Shown: positions 35,743 to 38,378 of the stretch, piece by piece
How positions within the stretch are numbered: position 1 is the first letter of the stretch
Layout of the letters: every line of letters begins with the position of its first letter
Assembly (NCBI RefSeq): GCF_004010195.1
Contig: NW_025214968.1
Coordinates: 1-38,378, forward strand
DNA from: Chiloscyllium plagiosum
Lineage: Eukaryota
Direction of reading: 5' to 3'
DNA: 38,378 nt
Notes under the pieces: generated by a model
Database searches by the model: none
Told to the model about the DNA's origin: nothing
Seen by the model: the letters and a program-made list of their open reading frames with translations, nothing else
Program-made: the position numbers and the translations under genes

Positions 35743-36700
35743 AAATTTACTCAATTTCATTACAACTGCAATCAGAAATGAGAAACAAGCTTTCGTCCTG
35801 AAATCGTTGAAACAATTTCACAAGCGGTACGTTTAATGACTTAATTCTCAAGTCTCCCAAGCAACTTCTTTTTGTCTGGTTCGCCTTTCACTGTTCTTCA
35901 AACTGTAAAATAATGCGCATTTCTTGAATAAATTAAATGTAATTTCCACGGTTTTGTTGACTGGTATATGCCATTTGTGTAAATGCTTTCATTCGTTTTG
36001 TCTTTCTCAGTATTATTCTCAGTTCGTAAACTTATTCAATCATTTCAGATATGATCAAGTGATATTCCTTCTCAGATTTATCGTTATGATAATTAAATCA
36101 AGACCAAAACATTTAGTTGCGACCTTAATTTCACCATCTGTGTGATTTAACTCGTTTGTCATCAACAGGTTTAGTAGGCAGTACTGTCCATGTACCCTCA
36201 TCTGGTGTGATTTGATTAGTTTTTCATTAGTGTTCATCTATCTGCTATTCTCACATTATCAGTTAAGTCGCATAAATGTAAAACATCTCGTTTCATTATT
36301 CTTCGGTGCTTTTTTTCATCGGATTCCAGCACCGAAGAGGAATGGCAGGTAATTGGCACCAGGTATAAGCACCGCTACACACAACATGGAAAAATATATA
36401 TCTGTCTCCATGGATTACAACTCTGTATTTTTTCATATTTATTTGTTTATGAATTGCTCAATGGTTCTGATACGAATTGTTGTGAAACCAACACTAATGA
36501 CTACAATTTAATTATTGTAAATTCAATCGGCGAATGATAAACTATTCACAGATTCAGATACCCGATGGAGTCTGTGGGGAACTAGGGTGGATTTTGGACG
36601 TGCCATTCGGCACATACTTACCTATAAATATCAGAAACATACTTTCAGGACTTAAGGTCAACAACAATTATCATGCAGGAATTATTCCTTTTACTTTCCT

Positions 36701-36759
36701 CGGCATAACAACGTGGGCCAAAAGGCCTGTTCTGTGCTGTACTTTTCTATGTTCTATGT
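36701..36759 (+). mobile_element. Short CR1 tail
   Basis: gtgggccaaaaggcctgttctgtgctgtacttttctatgttctatgt. Confidence 0.7.
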
Positions 36760-36927
36760 TGTATAAACACAGAGAGACCTCACACTCACTGTGATGGCTG
36801 CCTTAGCACAAAGACAGTGATTTGATAAGTAATGATGTTCATTCATTTCACTGTCATTGACAACTGGAAATTGAAGGGAGGTTCTGCTTCTCCTTGTATG
36901 GTTTACTATGAGTTCGGAAATACATAC

Positions 36928-37035
36928 CTGCTCCATGTTTCTGATCCACCCTCTTGCCGGTGGGAATGTTCTCAATTTCTTCATAAATTCCTTGGTACAA
37001 ACCAAGACTTGAGCCCCTGCCAACAGTGTAAAATT
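36928..37035 (-). CDS. Gene B cytoplasmic-tail exon with YEEI (FYTVGRGSSLGLYQGIYEEIENIPTGKRVDQKHGA)
   Basis: ccttccttcaacAG acceptor, GTATGT donor, 108 nt, phase 1-1, tyrosine signalling motif. Confidence 0.82.
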
Positions 37036-37478
37036 CTGTTGAAGGAAGGATTGACAGGTCAACATTTGTCGCTAAACTGCTGCAGCAATGTATGGTTATT
37101 TGTGAAGCAACATTAGTGCGAATCACTGGTTGTTCATGAAACCCAGGAATAGAGAATCTAAGTGCAATATTGACTGGTCAATGAGGGCAGATCGATTTGG
37201 AAAAGCAAATGAACAAGCCGTGATGAATTCTCATGTCTCATCAGTGTTGAAAACATCGTATATTAAAAATAGAAACTGGAATTTTGTTTGTCGTGATGTG
37301 TATTGTCAATTTTGTTTCAGTGAGGAATCGTCACTTCCACATGCACTGTTTAAACAAGAAAATGCTCGCCCACAATGACGCATGTGAGAAATAAATGCTA
37401 ACTGCCGACGTTAAAATTAGTTGAGGCAATTAACTTTTCCGTTAATTATTTTTGGACAAACAAAACATTGATGAAAAC

Positions 37479-37518
37479 GGTGGGCGGGGGGGCGGGGGGG
37501 GTGGGGGGGTGGGGGGGG
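37479..37518 (+). repeat. G-rich tract (potential G-quadruplex)
   Basis: gggcggggggcggggggggtgggggggtgggggggg-type runs. Confidence 0.7.
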
Positions 37519-38378
37519 TCACATGTCAATGTTTCAAACAACAGTTCTGCAAAGACAATGCTTTGTCAAACAATATTTTACAAAATGGTTATAGGAACTG
37601 AACAACTGTATAGTTGTTAATATTAGTTGAACAAAAAGTTAGAACATATGAAGTAAGGAGTACCTTAATGAAGTGATAACTATTAAATAAGTGTGCTTAT
37701 TTGTACGAATACGTGTAAGCTGCACGTAATGCAAGTTAAACATATTGGAGCTGATGCATTATATAATTCGCATTGACCGTCATTGCCATCTAGTGGTATA
37801 GATTCCCCAAACAAATGCATTGAAATGAGTGTAAAAAGTGTACAGGTGTCATCTGGTCAGACAAGACAACCCAGTTGTAGGCTGACTGAGATGTGCACTT
37901 AATCCTCTCCCGGATCTTGGGTTCTAGTATCAGCAACCCGCAACTGATGAGCTGTAAACGAAAATTAACTGATGAGAGAGCAAACGTCTCAATGAAACTT
38001 CAAGGCGCATTGATGCCATAAATAACTTGTTTTGGAAATGAAATGCACAGATTAACTGAAAGATAAGACAGATTCAGTTTTTACTTTTGTTTCCCATTCT
38101 TAACTATGTGGGACAAGTCCATTTAAAAGGTTAATTCTGCTTCTCTTTGCAAGTTTTTGGGGCCTTGATAAATATTCAATGCTATTTTGATTTGGGTTTA
38201 AGTTTTACTTACTGTGTTTAAATATTTTGCCTTTACATCAAAGTAAAGATTGCGTGTTAGTAGATAATGCTCTGAAGGAAACAAATAAACAAAAAAAAGT
38301 TCTCGTATTCATCACCATTAAGGACAAGTAATGGAAACGTGGAATGGCAATGTAATGATCCAAAACCATTTGGAATAA

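Noticed and set aside
38213..38271. 59-nt segment with a strong acceptor and GTAAGT donor upstream of the YEEI exon
   Set aside because: Its only open frame ends at phase 0, incompatible with the phase-1 YEEI exon, and it is not a TM segment; probably cryptic.

Overview
Eukaryotic, repeat-rich genomic DNA from a cartilaginous fish, most likely a shark (inferred from HE1/V-SINEs, abundant CR1 LINE fragments and Penelope-type termini). It has three N gaps (7386-8036, 26048-26206, 34728-35328). Two spliced genes lie in tandem on the minus strand. Gene A (17484 down to <1) is the 5' part of a group B scavenger-receptor cysteine-rich (SRCR) receptor of the CD163/WC1/SCART/DMBT1 type. It has a two-exon signal peptide (46+33 nt), five complete one-exon SRCR domains, a 57-nt linker exon and a sixth domain that runs off the window. 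All introns are GT-AG and phase 1. Gene B (>37035 down to about 29400 or 22000) is the 3' end of an upstream gene: phase-1 exons encoding an acidic cytoplasmic tail with YEEI and YDDI motifs, probably a tandem SRCR paralogue. The rest is CR1, Tx1 and L2/CR1-clade LINE remnants, SINEs, Penelope-like termini with degenerate minimal hammerhead cores (two as head-to-head palindromes), and a degenerate C-rich satellite. Most ORFs in the supplied track are spurious. All family assignments come from motif recognition, not database searches.
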